From contig NC_052160.1 in assembly GCF_902713615.1 (NCBI RefSeq), forward strand, positions 46,404,719 through 46,468,718: a stretch of DNA of 64,000 bases. The letters run 5' to 3'. This document shows positions 60,444 to 64,000 of this stretch, in pieces. The stretch's first letter is position 1; the number at the start of each line of letters is the position of its first letter. The notes under the pieces were generated by a model, which saw only the letters and a program-made list of their open reading frames with translations, made no database searches and was not told the origin of the DNA. The DNA comes from Scyliorhinus canicula (lineage: Eukaryota). A program made the translations under genes and the position numbers.

Positions 60444-61827
60444 CACGCCAGTGCTGTTCTGAGGGTGTGCTGCCAGAGACCCCATTTTTTTGGTTGAGAT
60501 ATTAACCTGCGGCCCCATCTGCCTGCTCAGGTGATGTAAAAAAAAGGTTTCATGGCATTATTTTGAAGAAGAATAGGGGTGTTTTTTTTTTGTGGTGTCA
60601 TGACCAATATTTATTCTTCAATCAATGTCCCTAAAACGGATTAGCTGGTCATTATTACATTGCTGTTGGGAGTTTGCTGTGTGCACATTGGCTGTTGTGT
60701 TTCCTGTATTACAAGAGTGATGGCATGCCCAAAGTACTTTTTTAGCTGTAAAGCAGTTTTAAGATGTCCCATGGTCGGGAAAAGTACTCTATAAATGCAA
60801 GTCTTTTAAGTTGTTTCACAGGAACATTATAAAGCGAAATTTGACAACGATTAGGGTAGACAATCAAAACCTTGGTCAGTGGATTAGGTTTTAAGGAGCA
60901 TCTTCAAGAGGGGTTGAGAGATTTAGGGTTGAAATTCCAGAGCTTTAGAGTCTTGGCAGCTGAAAATATGCTATCAATGAAGAAATTATTAAAATTAGAA
61001 ATGCTCAAAAGGCTTGTGTGTGGATATCAGAGGTTGTGGCACCAGGGGATATTGCAGAAATATGGAGGGGTGAGGCCATTGAGTGATTTGTAAACAGGGT
61101 GTTAAGTGACCTTCAGGATAGATCTCTGATCTATGCAACTGTTCTGTGCCGCAAGAGGGATTTATAATATTTGTGGGTATTGAGGACCTCTCATTGTAGA
61201 ATCCAGGTACTGCAGCCTAATACAGCAGCAGAGTGTTCTTTGTAAAGTTCCAAATGATTTTAACTCTATTTACAGAAGAATATGCTTGCCTACACAAAAT
61301 TGATTTTCCACATTTACATTGGTGCACTTAGTACGTATCTGCAGATCTCTGCAAATTTATTGTCAATATGCAGTGCACTTATACTGGGACACCATAACTG
61401 CGAGTGTTTTTTAAAAAAGTTACAAGTCTTTGTGATTGTAGGATTAAAATATGATCTAGTGTCTGAAATTAGGATTATTCTTTGGACTGCCAGGCCAGAC
61501 CATTCCTTCATATTCATGGGTGTCCTTCGTTTCCAGTTTTGTTTCTCTGCTTTTCTCCTATTCCAGAGGCAGTCACTCAGGTTAGGGAGGTGAGGGGCAG
61601 CTGACCTCTGGTATCTTGTGGCATGTTTGAGCTTAGGCTGTTGGTTTTGATCAGTTATCATGGGAGACACCACAGCAAAGTTTGACTCTGTCTCATTTGA
61701 TTAGTGCCCGCAACTGGATAGGAATGTCGGAGCACTGCCCTGTTTTTTTTTCCTCTTTCCTCACTGCCCCCAGTAAAAGATAACACAAACCAAGGAATCA
61801 AATTTGGTACCCAGTTGAAATCTGATG

Positions 61828-62215
61828 TGTCAGCTGTGGTTGCACTCTTGCCTCTGTCAGAAGATTGTGGCTTAAAGTCCCACTTAGTGACTTGAGCACA
61901 ACCACCTAGGCTTGCGTGCTAGTGAGCTACTGAGGGAATGCTTCACTGTCAGGGGTGCCATCGTTCGGTTAAGATGTTAACCCGAGGTCTTGTCTGCCCC
62001 CTCAGGTTGATGTAAAATTCCCATGGCATTCTTTCAAAGAAAAGTAGGGCAGTTATTCCAGGTCAATATTTATTCCTCAACCAGCATCACAGAAATAGAT
62101 TATCAGTTTATCATCACTTTGCTGTTTATAGGAATTTGCAGTGCAGCAATTGGCTGCTGTGTTTCCCATATCCCAACTGTGGCCACACCTCAGAAGTATT
62201 TTGTTTACTACCAAA
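61828..62215 (+). mobile_element. Old DeuSINE-like element
   Basis: Reverse-complement homologue of 5870-6292. Confidence 0.65.
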
Positions 62216-62260
62216 ATTATCTTTGTTTACTACTTTGTTTACTAAATTTGTTTACTATCT

Positions 62261-62430
62261 GGGGCTGGTTAGCACAGTGGGCTAAATAGCTGGCTTGTAA
62301 TGCAGAACAAGGCCAGCAGCGCGGGTTCAATTCCCGTACCAGCCTCCCCGAACAGGCGCTGGAATGTGGCCACTAGGGGCTTTTCACCGTAACTTCATTG
62401 AAACCTACTTGTGTCAATAAGCGATTATTA
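62261..62430 (+). mobile_element. Short tRNA-derived SINE without V-domain
   Basis: Homologous to 34341-34513. Confidence 0.82.
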
Positions 62431-62661
62431 TTTAAAAAAAAAAATAAATTTAGAATATCCAATTCATTTTTTCCAATTAAGGGGCAATTTAACGTGGCCA
62501 ATTCACCTAACCTGCACATCTTTGGGTTGTGGGGGTGAAACCCACGCAGACACGGGGAGAATGTGCAAACTCCACACGGACAGTGACCCAGAGCCGGGAT
62601 TCGAACCCGGGTCCTCGGCGCCGTAGGCAGCAATGCTAACCACTGTGCCACCGTGCCGCCC
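62431..62661 (-). mobile_element. Short poly(A) V-SINE inserted in the tail of the preceding SINE
   Basis: TSD ataagcgatt at 62417-62426 and 62662-62671. Confidence 0.88.
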
Positions 62662-63120
62662 ATAAGCGATTTATTATTAAAAGTTTTGAAATATCCAGTG
62701 GTCTTTTATATGATTTGATACTACATTAGATTATGAAATTGCTGCATTATTGTTTGCAACTTTTCTTTCATTTCCTGTTATGGTGTGCGCGTTATAGGAA
62801 AAACCTCGTTATCCAGTGGACATGCTTGACTGCTATTAAGATAATATTTACCCTTTATTCCATAAGTACTGACAACAAGGAGATACTCTGTTTATTTTGT
62901 ATTTGCTTTGAAATAGAAACCATTCAAAACAATTGTCATTTGTATGATAGAGAGTATGCAGATTGGGTGTTTAAAAAAATTTGAGCCTCCTTTAAAAGTG
63001 TACAAGATCGATCGTTCTTGAAATTCAAGATGTAGTTAACATGATCTTGCAAATTGAAGTTTGGACATTACTCTTATTTTAATGTTTCCTGTCATGATGG
63101 TGCTTTGTGTTATAATTCAG

Positions 63121-63245
63121 ATGATTGATGTCCTCAAGTCCAAAATATCCGAGCAGCAACAGAAGCAGATGAACCAGGAGATGCAGCTGACAACGTTGAG
63201 CACAGAGCGGCAGGAGTTACTTGAACAAGTGGAAGTGCAACGCAA
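63121..63245 (+). CDS. MAD1L1: MAD1 coding exon 4 (125 nt); gene continues beyond the window
   Basis: attcag|MIDVLKSKISEQQQKQMNQEMQLTTLSTERQELLEQVEVQR(K)|gtaagt. Confidence 0.93.
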
Positions 63246-64000
63246 GTAAGTAAAAAATAAACCAAGAGATACATCATCAAACACAAACTGCACTGGTTGT
63301 TTTAATCCTCATCTGAGTTTCTCCTTTTCAAGTGAGTTCTTGATATAAAGGCAATTTCTGAGACTGGAAAAAAGACTAAATTGTATATAAAATATTTTTA
63401 GAAATCCTTTTTCTGACCATTTTGTTTGCTATCTCCCCTTGATGGTGTGGATTGGTATGAGAAACATAGAAAATCGATGATGGAGTAGGCCATTCAGCCC
63501 TTCGAGCAGTTCCGTGGGACCAGCAGCCCTCTGATCTTTTGCCGAAATCACTTTGTGTACAAATCCAGATTCTGTCATTATCTTCATTTTAGTATCATCA
63601 GATTATGCAACAGTTTGGAATTACAGCTGACTCCATTATCCTGACCATACTTGAAAAGTCGACAATGCTCTGTCCTTTGCTAAAGCTGTGGACTCTATTA
63701 CTGGGATCTGATTCACAGGTGTAGCTGCCCTCTGCTGACTTATCCAATGACTTATTCATTTGTGAATGAAGATGGTAAATGTCAAGAAATCTATTCATCT
63801 ATGTGTGCTTTGAAACTAAGTCTTATCTATCTTTTTCTTTAGTGGCATTGCATTTAGGAGTGGAACTGGAGTCAGTTTTCACCTTCCTAAGCTAGGGATG
63901 TTGTGACCAATTGTAAGAAGTTGGTACTCCCCTAGTTGAGGTCAGCAATCGGGACGTGACAAGAGATTGGATTGGATTTTTCCTCACCTGTGTGGCTGAG

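Overview
This is vertebrate nuclear DNA from a cartilaginous fish. HE1/V-SINEs, DeuSINEs and CR1, L1/Tx1 and Rex1 LINEs point to a shark, probably a catshark (inference). Four spliced genes lie in the same order and orientation as at human 7p22.3: the last six exons of SNX8 (+, 752-9790, including a GC-AG intron), complete NUDT1/MTH1 (-, 28977-26660, 162 aa), MRM2/FTSJ2 (+, 31905-33678, 232 aa) head-to-head with NUDT1, and the promoter plus first four coding exons of MAD1L1 (+, continues past the window). The rest is mostly transposable elements, many with readable target-site duplications (TSDs). I see no new protein-coding system. The most unusual signals concern element mechanics. A non-autonomous Gypsy element has a PBS position complementary to its own LTR, suggesting self-priming. 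A Penelope-type insertion has captured an inverted copy of nearby DNA. An L1 5' end is fused directly to mid-ORF2. V-SINE bodies carry four interchangeable tails. A ~290-nt fold-back lies in the probable SNX8 3' UTR. All family assignments are by eye and from memory of consensus sequences, not database searches.
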